DNA from: Armatimonadota bacterium
GTDB taxonomy: Bacteria; Armatimonadota; SYMT01
Reading direction: 5' to 3'
Length of the DNA stretch: 64,000 nucleotides
Assembly: GCA_041690135.1 (NCBI GenBank)
Contig: JAWLHY010000005.1
Coordinates: 64,001-128,000 of the forward strand
Every line of letters begins with the position of its first letter. Within the stretch, counting starts at the first letter, position 1. A program made the translations under genes and the position numbers. Positions 20,717-29,969 of the stretch are shown piece after piece. The notes beneath the pieces are model-generated. The model did no database searches, was not told the DNA's origin, and saw nothing but the letters and a program-made list of their open reading frames with translations.

Positions 20717-20871
20717 AGGTGAAGTATACGAAGTATATCCGGGTTGCGGACGCCTTCGCGGGAGAGGTGGGTGGGCAGGAACAAAGACATGACGCCGCGA
20801 ACGGCGCGTCAAGAATCACAACCAACCCCAGAATTCCCCGTTGTAGATATCAGAGAACGAAGTGAGGTCCG

Positions 20872-21414
20872 GTGATGCTCATCATCGAGGTCATGTTGAC
20901 GGTCCTGCTGGCCGTGGCCGGGGTCGTCCTGCTCCTGGGCTGGCTACTGCGGCCGGTGGTCCGCAAGATGCGGGAGCAACTCCGCTTGGAGGGCCAGGTC
21001 GAGTTGAACCGCCGGGCCTTCGAGGCGGAGCGTAGCCAGTTGCGGGAAGCGGCTCGCGCGGAGTTCGAGCAGTGGATGAAAGCCCGCGCGGGGGAGGCCG
21101 CCGGCGCCGGTTCACCGGTCTCGCTTACCCGGCTGCAGAGCCCGGTGCTCCAGGCGGTGCTGGAACGCTATCCGCTGAATGACCGGGTCCTGGAACTGGC
21201 CCGGGTCTACAAGCAGGCCACGGGAAAGGATCTCCTGCCCCCGGATCTGCGAAGCGGTGATGAAGCCGGCGAGGACCCGAAGAATGTTACCCGGCCGGAA
21301 GCAGCTCTTTCGAACGAAGAGGCGCGGCTGCTGGAAGAGGCGAAGCGGGAAGTGGACGCCTGGCTGACCGTCGCCGGGGCGGAGAGCGATCCCCATTCGG
21401 AGAGACAAAGATGA
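20872..21414 (+). CDS. Hypothetical membrane-anchored helical protein
   Basis: GAGG RBS, N-terminal TM helix, ATGA overlap with the next gene. Confidence 0.75.
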   Translation: MMLIIEVMLTVLLAVAGVVLLLGWLLRPVVRKMREQLRLEGQVELNRRAFEAERSQLREAARAEFEQWMKARAGEAAGAGSPVSLTRLQSPVLQAVLERYPLNDRVLELARVYKQATGKDLLPPDLRSGDEAGEDPKNVTRPEAALSNEEARLLEEAKREVDAWLTVAGAESDPHSERQR

Positions 21415-22298
21415 AGTTGAAGAAGCGGCTGGCCACCCTGGCCGGCCTGGTCGTGATCGGCCTGATGGGACTGGGGTTCTTCCTGTCCCGGAGCCGCTGG
21501 GTTCCCGCGGGGCACGTGGGCGTGATCTACTCCGCGCGAGGCGGACTCCAGCAAGAGGTGATTCCGCCCAAGCGCGTGTTCGTGCCCTGGATGTCCGATC
21601 TTTATGTCTACCCGACGATGGTCAAGGCGGCGATCTACACGAACGACCCCAGTCAGGGAGAGTTCAAGGCCGCCGACGCGATCCAGGTGACCACGAGCGA
21701 TAACGCCAACACGCCATTCGACGTGGTGGTGTGGTACTCGGTGAAGCCGGAGAACGTCCACAAGGTCTTCGAGAGCTTCCGCGCCATCCCGATCGAGGAG
21801 ATCCAGTCCCAGCACATCCGGGCGGCCGTACGGGAAGCGGTGAACATCGTGGGTATCAACTACGACGCCTTCCAATTGATGGGGCCGAAGCGGGGCGAGG
21901 CTTCCGTTAAGTTGAAGGAGCAGTTGGTCCGGCTCATGGAGCGCAAGGGTATCACCATCGCCGGGGCGGAGTTCGCGGGCGCCTATCCGAGCAAGGAGAT
22001 CCTGGCCCGCATCACGAGCCGGATCAACTCTCTCACGGACCTGAAGATCGCGGAGTTCCGCCAGCAGATCGCCAAGGTTCAGCGGGATACCGCCGTCATC
22101 AAAGCGCAGGCCCAGGCGAAGGCGCAGCAGATCGCCTCGTCGCAGACGAAGGACCGCTCGCTCGACCTGTTGCGGCTCGAAGCGGACATGGCGGCCCTGG
22201 AGAAGTGGAACGGCCACCTGCCGCCGATCCAGGTAAAGCCGGGCCAGACAGTGATCGTGAGCCCTGAAGTCCTGTCGTCGCTGCGGGGAGGGAACTGA
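21411..22298 (+). CDS. SPFH/prohibitin-domain protein, TM-anchored
   Basis: TM helix, VPAGHVGV, YVYPT, coiled coil AQAQAKA, EKWNGHLP. Confidence 0.85.
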   Translation: MKLKKRLATLAGLVVIGLMGLGFFLSRSRWVPAGHVGVIYSARGGLQQEVIPPKRVFVPWMSDLYVYPTMVKAAIYTNDPSQGEFKAADAIQVTTSDNANTPFDVVVWYSVKPENVHKVFESFRAIPIEEIQSQHIRAAVREAVNIVGINYDAFQLMGPKRGEASVKLKEQLVRLMERKGITIAGAEFAGAYPSKEILARITSRINSLTDLKIAEFRQQIAKVQRDTAVIKAQAQAKAQQIASSQTKDRSLDLLRLEADMAALEKWNGHLPPIQVKPGQTVIVSPEVLSSLRGGN

Positions 22299-23158
22299 TG
22301 ATGAATAAGGCACTATCCGCGCGCACGCTGACGCTCGTCGCCGCAACCGTGCTGGCGGCCACCACCTCCGGCTGCGCCAACCGGATCCCGGTCGCCTCCG
22401 TGGGGGTGCGGTTCAACGCCTGGGAGGGCGCCAGCAAGCAGATCCTGAAGCCGGAGGTCGTCTGGACGAACCCCTTCACGGAGCAGTTGATCATCTACCC
22501 GACCGGGATCATCAACGCGACCTACGTGAAGAACTCGGCTGAGACTCGCAGCTATGGGGACGACAGCATCAAGGCGTCCACGGTGGAAGGCGCCATTCTC
22601 CCGATCGACGTGACGGTCGCCTACCGTATCCCGGCTGATTCGGAGTCGGTGTTGAAGATCTTCAACAGCTTCGGCACGACCGATCTCAAGAAGGTGCAGC
22701 ACGAGCACATCCGGTGGGCGACGGTGACGGCGGTGAACGAGATCAGCGGTAAGAAGTCGATCTTCGACCTGATCAGTCGGCAGCGGGCGCAGTTCGGCCC
22801 GGAAGTGAAGGAGGTCCTAGCGCCGATACTGGCCCAGTGGGGCTTCGTGGTCGAGGACGTGCTGATCCGCGAGATCCATCCACCGGAAGAGATCACCACG
22901 AAGATCCAGGAGCAACAGGCAGTCCGCGCCGATCTGGAGCGGGCCAAGGTGGAACAGCAGCAGGCGAAGATCGATGCCGAAACGGTGCTGACGAACGCCC
23001 AGAAGGAAGCGGAACAGAACCGTCTGTTAGCACAGCAGGGGGAGAAAGCGCTCCAGCTCAAGCGCCTCGAATTGCGCCGGAAGGCGATCGAGAAGTGGGA
23101 CGGCCAGCCGCCGGTGATCGGCTCAAGCGGGATTCCGTTTATGGAAGCGAAATGGTGA
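22298..23158 (+). CDS. SPFH/prohibitin-domain lipoprotein
   Basis: Lipobox-like TTSGC, IPVASVGVRF, IIYPT, VEDVLIREI, IEKWDGQPP; TGATG coupling. Confidence 0.82.
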   Translation: MMNKALSARTLTLVAATVLAATTSGCANRIPVASVGVRFNAWEGASKQILKPEVVWTNPFTEQLIIYPTGIINATYVKNSAETRSYGDDSIKASTVEGAILPIDVTVAYRIPADSESVLKIFNSFGTTDLKKVQHEHIRWATVTAVNEISGKKSIFDLISRQRAQFGPEVKEVLAPILAQWGFVVEDVLIREIHPPEEITTKIQEQQAVRADLERAKVEQQQAKIDAETVLTNAQKEAEQNRLLAQQGEKALQLKRLELRRKAIEKWDGQPPVIGSSGIPFMEAKW

Positions 23159-23166
23159 GGGGGATC

Positions 23167-23480
23167 CGCGAATTGCGCGAATGAAGCGAATAAGAGGAGC
23201 GCGGGCGTCTCGCCCGCCAGAGTCGGGAACTGCGGAGGAAGGTCGGAGGGGAGTGAGGTGAAGTGGGACGGGCGTCTCGCCCGCCAGAGATCAGGGTGAT
23301 CAAGAACTCACCAGTTGAATTCGAACGGGGCGGGCGTTTTGCCCGCCTCGACGGCCGGCAATGCCAAAGGGGTACGTGGGAGAGACTGAGCAGTTTCAAG
23401 GACCAAGGGAGTGCGGTTGCCCGTCGCCCGCCACGGAATGGAATTCCGTGGCTACTGCGGAGTGAAACCCCTCCGGGGTT
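23167..23480. repeat. Cluster of REP-like palindromes and short tandem repeats
   Basis: Identical 21-mer cgggcgtctcgcccgccagag at 23202-23222 and 23269-23289, variant at 23330-23347; palindrome gccacggaat/attccgtggc (23430-23452) abutting GTAG on the minus strand; 9-mer cgcgaat-type repeats 23167-23193. Confidence 0.75.
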
Positions 23481-23690
23481 GGGGCGGCACAATACCGGTT
23501 CAAATCAGCGCAGTTGCTTCCTCCTACCCCTTAGTTGTGGAGCCGCATACCAGTCCGAGATCCGGAGACTACCCTCGCGAAGGCCCGCCTCGCAGCGGGG
23601 CTCCGGTCATGGCCCAAGGAGGCGAAGGGTTTTGCGCCGTCGGGTATTCGGCCATACCGATGAAAGGTGATGTACTCGCGGTTGACCGCA

Positions 23691-24953
23691 TCACTCACGG
23701 GATGCGATCTCCTCGATGAGTGGTTTTGCTCTTTCGATGAGTTCCTCGCGCAGGTCCTGGAGTTGGGGTTGGGTGCGGAGGTATTCCTCCAGGGCTTCGA
23801 GGGGCCCGAGTTGCGTGGTGAGGCCGCCGTGGCGGGAGCGCGCTTCGGGACGGACGTTCTCCCGGCGGATCGCGGCGATGTAGTGCGCCCCCTCCAGCGC
23901 CTGGCGGATTTCGCGTTCGGGCGGGTTCGGGGCGCCAGGGGGGAGGGTGTAGAAGACCCGTACCACGGCGCCCTGGATCTGGGACTTTTTCGCCTCGATC
24001 TTGCTCTTGATCGATTCGAGTGGGTCTACCTCGTCGGCCTCGATGCGCAGGGTCAGGAACTTTCGCGGGTGGAGGGGTACCGCCTTCCAGCTCGTGTGGC
24101 CGCGGGTCACCTCCGCGAGGACCACGACCTTGTCCTCATCTTCCTCGCCGAAGTCGACGCGCTCGATGCTGCCGGGATAGATCACGGGGGGTTGCCCCGT
24201 GAAGTCGTTGGGCGGGATGGTCTGGTGCTTGTGGATATGCGCCAGGGCCACGTAGTCGAAGGCCGGGTTCCGCACCGTTCCCAGCGGTAGTTCGATTTCG
24301 GGGGCGAGGAGCGCGCCCTTTCCGTAGCCGCCAAAAGTGGCCCCGGAAATGGTGTAATGCGCCATCAGAATGGCGGGGACCCGCTCCCCGTGCGCCTGGC
24401 GGTACTCGCCGATCTCCTCGGCCATCAGGTTGACGGCCTCCACGAGGCGGCTCCGCATCATCTCCAGGACTTCCGGCAGGCTCTTGCCGCGCGCCTCTTC
24501 CAGGGAAAGCAGGCGGCTGCGGGGCATGAACGGCAGCGGCGCGATCAGCACCTCGCCCCACCGGGTGCGGACCGGGGTCACCTCCGGTCGGCGCAGGACG
24601 TGGACGTTGTCCAACTCCAGCACGTGGAAGATATCGACGCTGCTGGCGCGGGCGAAGGCGTTCGGCACGTCGTGGTTGCCGGGGATGACGACGACCGGAA
24701 CCTGCCGGCCGATCCGGCGAATCCGGGACGCGAACTCCCGCTGGACCGTGGGATTGGGGTCGCAGTTCTTGTAGATGTCTCCGGGGAAGAGAACGAGGTC
24801 GACGTCCTCGGCCAGCTCCAGCGCCCGATCGAGCGCCTGAAGGAAATCGGAAACGCGGGTCCCGTATCCCTTTTCGGCATCAGGACGCCCGTACAGCTCT
24901 ACCCCCAAATGCACGTCACCCACGTGCAACACCCGGATCGGGTTACTCATCAT
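23691..24953 (-). CDS. sbcD: Mre11/SbcD family nuclease
   Basis: Phosphoesterase motifs GDVHLG, PGDIY, PGNHD, MAHY, AHIH; YPGSIERVDFGEE. Confidence 0.9.
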   Translation of the reverse strand: MMSNPIRVLHVGDVHLGVELYGRPDAEKGYGTRVSDFLQALDRALELAEDVDLVLFPGDIYKNCDPNPTVQREFASRIRRIGRQVPVVVIPGNHDVPNAFARASSVDIFHVLELDNVHVLRRPEVTPVRTRWGEVLIAPLPFMPRSRLLSLEEARGKSLPEVLEMMRSRLVEAVNLMAEEIGEYRQAHGERVPAILMAHYTISGATFGGYGKGALLAPEIELPLGTVRNPAFDYVALAHIHKHQTIPPNDFTGQPPVIYPGSIERVDFGEEDEDKVVVLAEVTRGHTSWKAVPLHPRKFLTLRIEADEVDPLESIKSKIEAKKSQIQGAVVRVFYTLPPGAPNPPEREIRQALEGAHYIAAIRRENVRPEARSRHGGLTTQLGPLEALEEYLRTQPQLQDLREELIERAKPLIEEIASRE

Positions 24954-24980
24954 GCCCTACCCCGTCTCCGTGATCCAACC

Positions 24981-26690
24981 TCAGTCCCACAGGCGTTTCC
25001 GGTCCTCTCGGGCGCGTGCCGACCGCTCCTCCGGGGGAAGGTAGCCGACCGTCTTCCAGAACTGCTCGTCGTAGCTGCGGGTCTTCACCACCACCGGCAT
25101 CGGCAGCGCATGGCCGAAGACCAGGGCCTGCTGGCGAGTGTCGAGGCTGGCCAGCACGCTGCGCAGTCCCCCACTCCCGCTGGTTCCCGCCAGCACCGCC
25201 TCCACGTCCGATTCATCGTCCAGCAGGCAGCAGAACTTGGTGCCAAGCTGGGATAGCACTTCCTTCTGGATCTGCGAGGGCCGCTGGTCCACCACCAAAA
25301 GCGTCACATTATACTTACGAAGCTCTCGCGCAATCCGTCCAAAGATGGTTTGCTCAGCGATGCCCGGCTCCAGGAACTTGTGCGCCTCTTCGATGGTGAT
25401 CACCAGGCGCGGCGGGCGGGGATGCCGGTCCGGATCGCTGAAATGCTGCTCGGACTTCTCGCGCCACTGCTCGTCGATCCGCCGGGTGAGGATGTTGGCG
25501 ACCAGGATGTAGTGGATGAGCTGGCTATAGCGCCCGAAGTCGATGACGGTGTGGATGCCCTGCTCCAGGTTCCGCAGGACCAGCGGAATGGCGTCTTCCA
25601 CCACCCGCTCGTCGGGCCAGAGGAAGCCGCTGCATTCCTTCTGAAGGCGACCCAGCTTCCGGCGCAGCGCCTGCATCGCGCCCTGGTGTGCATCCTCCTC
25701 TTCCGCCACCTCTTTGGTGTCCATGTCGAGCGTGCGGGCGAACCAGTGCCGGCCGAACCGGCGCTGCAGGAGATAGCTGTTCTCGGCGGAAGTGGATGTG
25801 AGCCCGATCACCTTCTGCAGGCTCAAGATGTCTTCCGGCTCCAGGAACGAGTACGGGATCCGGATCTCGCGGTCGTACTTGACCGTCGGGCGCGGGTCCA
25901 GCGTGAAAACCTGGACCCGGTCGGGATAAAGCTCGCGCAGGCCCTTGGTGGAGCCGCCCGGCCGGCCTTCATCCGTTCCACGCCAGCCGTATTCCCCATG
26001 CATGTCGAAGATGAGGTTGACGCCGGCGTTCTTGTGGACCAGGCCGCACAGCATCAGGCGGGTGAGGAAGGTCTTTCCGGTGCCGGACTTCCCGAAGATT
26101 CCGTTGCTGCGCTCGGCAAACGCTTCCAGGTTGAGGCAGACGGGAATCTCGTCCATCTCCAGCGGCTCGCCGATGTGGAAGTGGTAGGGGGACTGTTCCT
26201 CGCTCCCAAACACGCGGTTCACGTCCTCGGGCGTGGCGCGGCGGACGACGGTGAAATGGCCGGGGATGGTTTTCACCGGGAGCAGCGCCTTCTTCGCGTC
26301 GGGCTCGGCGCGGTTCACCATCAGGTGGGGGCGCAGCATCGCGCGCGTGTAAAGGCTGTCCCCCGCCAGGACCTGCCGGAGCAGCGAGCCTGGCGCGGGG
26401 GGCGGCGCATCGACGGCTTCCGGGTTCGTGGCAGTCAGTTCCAGGTCCGTGACCAGGGAGAAGAAGTCGAACATTTCGCCACCGGCCACGGCGAACATTC
26501 CCGCGCGCAGGGTCTCCAGAGAGACGCCCGGGTCGAGCTTGAGATCAAGCCCCTTGGAAAGCGAGCCCCGCACGATGACGCCGAGTGATTCCCCGGCACT
26601 CCCCACGGGCAGGTCCGCCTGCGTCTGCGGAGAGAGAAGGTCGCCGGGAGAGGCCGCGGGGATCTCTTCGAAGGGATCGAAACTGCTCAT
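24981..26690 (-). CDS. herA: HerA family ATPase/helicase (HAS barrel + DUF87)
   Basis: Walker A GKSGTGKT, IFDMHGEY, Walker B ITIEEAHKF, RELRKY...VVDQRPS. Confidence 0.9.
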   Translation of the reverse strand: MSSFDPFEEIPAASPGDLLSPQTQADLPVGSAGESLGVIVRGSLSKGLDLKLDPGVSLETLRAGMFAVAGGEMFDFFSLVTDLELTATNPEAVDAPPPAPGSLLRQVLAGDSLYTRAMLRPHLMVNRAEPDAKKALLPVKTIPGHFTVVRRATPEDVNRVFGSEEQSPYHFHIGEPLEMDEIPVCLNLEAFAERSNGIFGKSGTGKTFLTRLMLCGLVHKNAGVNLIFDMHGEYGWRGTDEGRPGGSTKGLRELYPDRVQVFTLDPRPTVKYDREIRIPYSFLEPEDILSLQKVIGLTSTSAENSYLLQRRFGRHWFARTLDMDTKEVAEEEDAHQGAMQALRRKLGRLQKECSGFLWPDERVVEDAIPLVLRNLEQGIHTVIDFGRYSQLIHYILVANILTRRIDEQWREKSEQHFSDPDRHPRPPRLVITIEEAHKFLEPGIAEQTIFGRIARELRKYNVTLLVVDQRPSQIQKEVLSQLGTKFCCLLDDESDVEAVLAGTSGSGGLRSVLASLDTRQQALVFGHALPMPVVVKTRSYDEQFWKTVGYLPPEERSARAREDRKRLWD

Positions 26691-26697
26691 GCTACCT

Positions 26698-27336
26698 CTA
26701 GGAAGTCTGACCGAAGAACGCGGCGGGAGCTTCCCAGCCCGGCTGGCTGGAAACAGGCTGGCCGAGGCGCTGGAAGACCCCTTCCAGGGTTACGTAGTCC
26801 CGGTGCAGCAGGCGGGCCAGGTATTTCCCCCACTGGATCAGCTTCTCGTCCGTGCCCCAGGCCTCCCGCGCTGCCTGGAGGGCGGCGACCAGCAGGTCCT
26901 CTAGCGGGGCGTCGGGGATCTGGGTGAGGGGTCGCAGGAAGCCGGGGGTGGCGGTAAGCCCGCGGATCTCCGCAGTCGCGGCAGCATAAACGAAGCAGTG
27001 CAGCCGCGCGGGGTGCGCGGGGGTGGCCGCCACCTGCCCATGGTCGTTGCCGTAGCCCACCACGCGGGCGGTGAAGGTGGTCCGCAGCAGGGAGGGCAGG
27101 TGCGGCTTGCGCTGCTCCAACTCGCCCGGAGCCATGCGATGCGCCTGGACAATGCGGTTGCCGTCCACCGGGCCGGTACGCACGCAGGTGACCACCCCGA
27201 ACTGCGAGATGCCGCTGGGACAGTCGGCCCGTATGAAACTCCCGAAGGCGGGCGCGCAGTACAAGCGGTGGCACTCGATCTCGAGACCCTGGGAATCGGA
27301 CCCTACGATCTCCCCCAGTACAGCTGGCTCCGACAT
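26698..27336 (-). CDS. Stand-alone HAS-barrel-domain protein
   Basis: LGEIVGS...APAFGSFIRA...FGVVT pattern; lies between nurA and herA with short spacers. Confidence 0.7.
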   Translation of the reverse strand: MSEPAVLGEIVGSDSQGLEIECHRLYCAPAFGSFIRADCPSGISQFGVVTCVRTGPVDGNRIVQAHRMAPGELEQRKPHLPSLLRTTFTARVVGYGNDHGQVAATPAHPARLHCFVYAAATAEIRGLTATPGFLRPLTQIPDAPLEDLLVAALQAAREAWGTDEKLIQWGKYLARLLHRDYVTLEGVFQRLGQPVSSQPGWEAPAAFFGQTS

Positions 27337-27352
27337 CTCTCCCCTTTCCCGC

Positions 27353-28609
27353 TCACGCCATCGGTCGGCGCTTGCTCAAGGCCTTAGCGGACATCGCCGA
27401 TTGGGAGACGCCGCGCTCGATCAGAATACGCTCGATCAGGGCGTAGAAGCAATCCCGGTCGGGTCCACGGACCACGGCTGCTTCATGGGCTTCCGCCAGG
27501 ACCATCGGGTATCCCCCACCCACCTGGCATTGGTCCCAGAGCACGCCGTGGAGCCGCTGGAGCAATGTTTCATCCTGCCACACCCAGCGCGGCAACTCGA
27601 CGCGGGCGATTTCCGTGCCGGTGTTCATGTAGAAGAATCCGGCTGTGCCTGCGCCCTGGGTCAACTCGCTCCAGACTTTGGAGCGCAGCTCGACGATGGC
27701 CGTGCGCCGCCCCGGCTGGTCGCGCAGCAGCTCCCCCGCCAGCTCGATATCGCGCAGGCCTGCCAGGGCCAGGTGATGATCGCCCGGTCGCGGCTCCTCA
27801 TTGCGGCCGAGAAGGGTCTGGCGGCATTGAGCGCAGAGGCCCCCACCCGCGGCTACTTCGGGGCAGAGGGTGAACCGGAGCAGCGTGATCCACTCGATAG
27901 CGCGCGACCGGCTGATGAACCCGGCCACGGGCGTTCGTGATTCCAGGGCCTGGGTCAGCAGCCGCTGAAAAAGGCCCACGATCTCCGCGCGGTCGGCGGG
28001 ACGACGGAGCGTGTCGAGCATCCGCCATTGGACCAGGGGGCCGTCGAGCAGCAGTACAGTCCGCTCCGGGTCGGCCTCGGTGGCGAGGAGGCGACAGGCG
28101 AGGTTCAACTCTTCTTTCAACCGGTCGACTTCCAGCACCGGCGGCATCCCCACCGCCGCCGCGCGTGCGTCCGTACCGCGAGGCCCATCTCCGGTTTCAT
28201 CAGCCGTGCGCAGGGCTCGGCCGGGCGGCTTCAGAAGCGGGTACGACGCCAGGTGCGCCCGTGAACGGCCCTCGGGGGCGCCATAGCGGAACACAGCGCA
28301 ACCAGAATTGATGACATACCAGGGAGCGATGTGGTGGTAATCCGGAGCGACCTGGGATCCGTCTGTGGCCATGACGGTATAGTCGTCGACCGACGGGGCG
28401 GGATGGGTCTCCCGCATGTCGAGCCCCAGCGCCGGCAGGGCCATGTCCTGCTTGAAATCCTCCACGGCGTCGCGGAGATGGTCGAGGGCGCCGGCCGTCT
28501 CGAGTTGCTGGAGGCCGGCGGTGCGCTGGGCACGGGTTTGCTCGACCGAGCGGACGACTTCCTCCGCCAGGCCGTGCATTTCACTTACCAGGGCCTCCAG
28601 GTCCAGCAC
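27353..28609 (-). CDS. nurA: NurA 5'-3' nuclease
   Basis: ATDGSQ, LLDGPL, ARVELPRW, GYPMVLAEAHEAAV. Confidence 0.9.
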   Translation of the reverse strand: MLDLEALVSEMHGLAEEVVRSVEQTRAQRTAGLQQLETAGALDHLRDAVEDFKQDMALPALGLDMRETHPAPSVDDYTVMATDGSQVAPDYHHIAPWYVINSGCAVFRYGAPEGRSRAHLASYPLLKPPGRALRTADETGDGPRGTDARAAAVGMPPVLEVDRLKEELNLACRLLATEADPERTVLLLDGPLVQWRMLDTLRRPADRAEIVGLFQRLLTQALESRTPVAGFISRSRAIEWITLLRFTLCPEVAAGGGLCAQCRQTLLGRNEEPRPGDHHLALAGLRDIELAGELLRDQPGRRTAIVELRSKVWSELTQGAGTAGFFYMNTGTEIARVELPRWVWQDETLLQRLHGVLWDQCQVGGGYPMVLAEAHEAAVVRGPDRDCFYALIERILIERGVSQSAMSAKALSKRRPMA

Positions 28610-28817
28610 TTCGCTCCCTCCCCTGCCAGTTATACCCTACGCAAGCCTGCGGCGTGCAAACTTAAGCACGCGGAAACGAGACCTGGGTGGGATTCACCGG
28701 ATCGGACAGGGAGACGCAGTACAGTTAGTGCGTGAGGACGGAGCCCCGCTGGGTTCGGTACGGATTCGAGAGTAGATGCTCGCGCGGGACGTGCGGTGCA
28801 GCGTTGACGTAACGCGG

Positions 28818-28872
28818 AGGAGCGGTGCGGTGGTGAGCCCCCGACCGGGAGATGTCGCACCGCACCGCTCCT
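28818..28872. other. Long inverted repeat between the STAS gene end and nurA
   Basis: Perfect 15-bp arms aggagcggtgcggtg (28818-32) / caccgcaccgctcct (28858-72); no U-tract. Confidence 0.7.
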
Positions 28873-28884
28873 GATGCCGCGGCC

Positions 28885-29256
28885 CTATTTACGGGGCGAG
28901 GACGTCCGCTCACTCCCCGCCTCATCGGCCGGGTAGTGGTCGATCGTAAAAGCCTCCGCGAGGCCGAGGAGCTTCAGCACCCGCTCGAGCCGGCTGCCCT
29001 CGGGAAAGAGCAGCCGGAGCTCGATCCGGCGTTCGCGGAGGCCGGTGTGGAGCCGCTGCAGCCACCGGACCCCATCACTATCGAGGTACTCGGCGGCGCC
29101 CAGATCCAGCGCCAGTGTGGAACATTCATCGCGTGTCACTCCCTCCAGTCGCTGCTGGAAGAAGGGGGTGGTCTCGCGGTCTAGGGGCCCCAGGAGACGG
29201 GTATGCAGGACCGTCCCTTCCCGGTACGCCAGCACGCGAGCCGAAAGCTCAGCCAT
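28885..29256 (-). CDS. STAS-domain anti-sigma factor antagonist
   Basis: GPLD...LALDLGAAEYLDSDGV...RVLKLLGL; start at MAELS (29256). Confidence 0.85.
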   Translation of the reverse strand: MAELSARVLAYREGTVLHTRLLGPLDRETTPFFQQRLEGVTRDECSTLALDLGAAEYLDSDGVRWLQRLHTGLRERRIELRLLFPEGSRLERVLKLLGLAEAFTIDHYPADEAGSERTSSPRK

Positions 29257-29905
29257 ACCTGTCACTTCACACCGCCGCCGGCCGGAACTGGCGGTCTCAA
29301 CTTCTGTGCCGTCGGGCAAAACGTTCATGGGTTCCTGGTAGCTGCCCCGGTGGGCTTCCGGCAACGCGGCTGAGCGATCGCCGCCGGCGGGAGGCTCTTC
29401 GCCTCGTGGGGTTCTTTGCGGTTCGGAGATGAGGCCGTCATCTCCCGTATAGATTGTCGTCACTTTGCGGTTAGACTCAGCGCGCGGAATGCGAAATTTC
29501 CAGCTCAAGTAACTCCTCGCTTCCTGGGACGCACCGAGCTCAACGGGCCATGGCCGACGCGGATGCCAGAAACACACAAAGCCACGACAGAGTCGTGGCT
29601 CGAAAACTGGCGCCCGTGTCCGCCCACCCGCAAACGCGGGAGGCGACCGGAGACCGGCTCTTCGTGCCACGCCGACGAGGTTAGCTGACGGGCTCGGGCT
29701 CGAAGAGCGTGCCCTGGGTCCTTGCGGACCGTTCGCCCCAAACTGTGGGTCCCCCGCTTCCCTTCCGGGAATTGAGCGTATCGATTGTCAGGAGTATTTT
29801 CGGTTCCCGAGGGCCCGGGTCCTCCGTTGGTTAGCGGATAACTTTGCGTCCGCCGGTTCCACCGGCCACTGGTTATTGGATGCCCGAGAGGCTCCGCTTG
29901 TTCCA

Positions 29906-29941
29906 GGAACAGAACAGGGCGCCCCCGAAGGGAGCGCCCTG
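29906..29941 (-). terminator. Intrinsic terminator after the S1-domain gene
   Basis: Minus strand cagggcgctccc-ttcg-ggggcgccctg followed by ttctgtt. Confidence 0.7.
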
Positions 29942-29969
29942 CCGGTAAGTGCTGGCTGTTTGAGAAAGA

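Noticed and set aside
23202-23347. Possible mini-CRISPR (21-nt palindromic direct repeats about 65 nt apart)
   Set aside because: Only two exact copies, related sequences are dispersed elsewhere and there are no cas genes; fits REP elements
29257-29670. Upstream extension of the STAS ORF
   Set aside because: Low-complexity, non-protein-like sequence; the STAS domain starts near 29256
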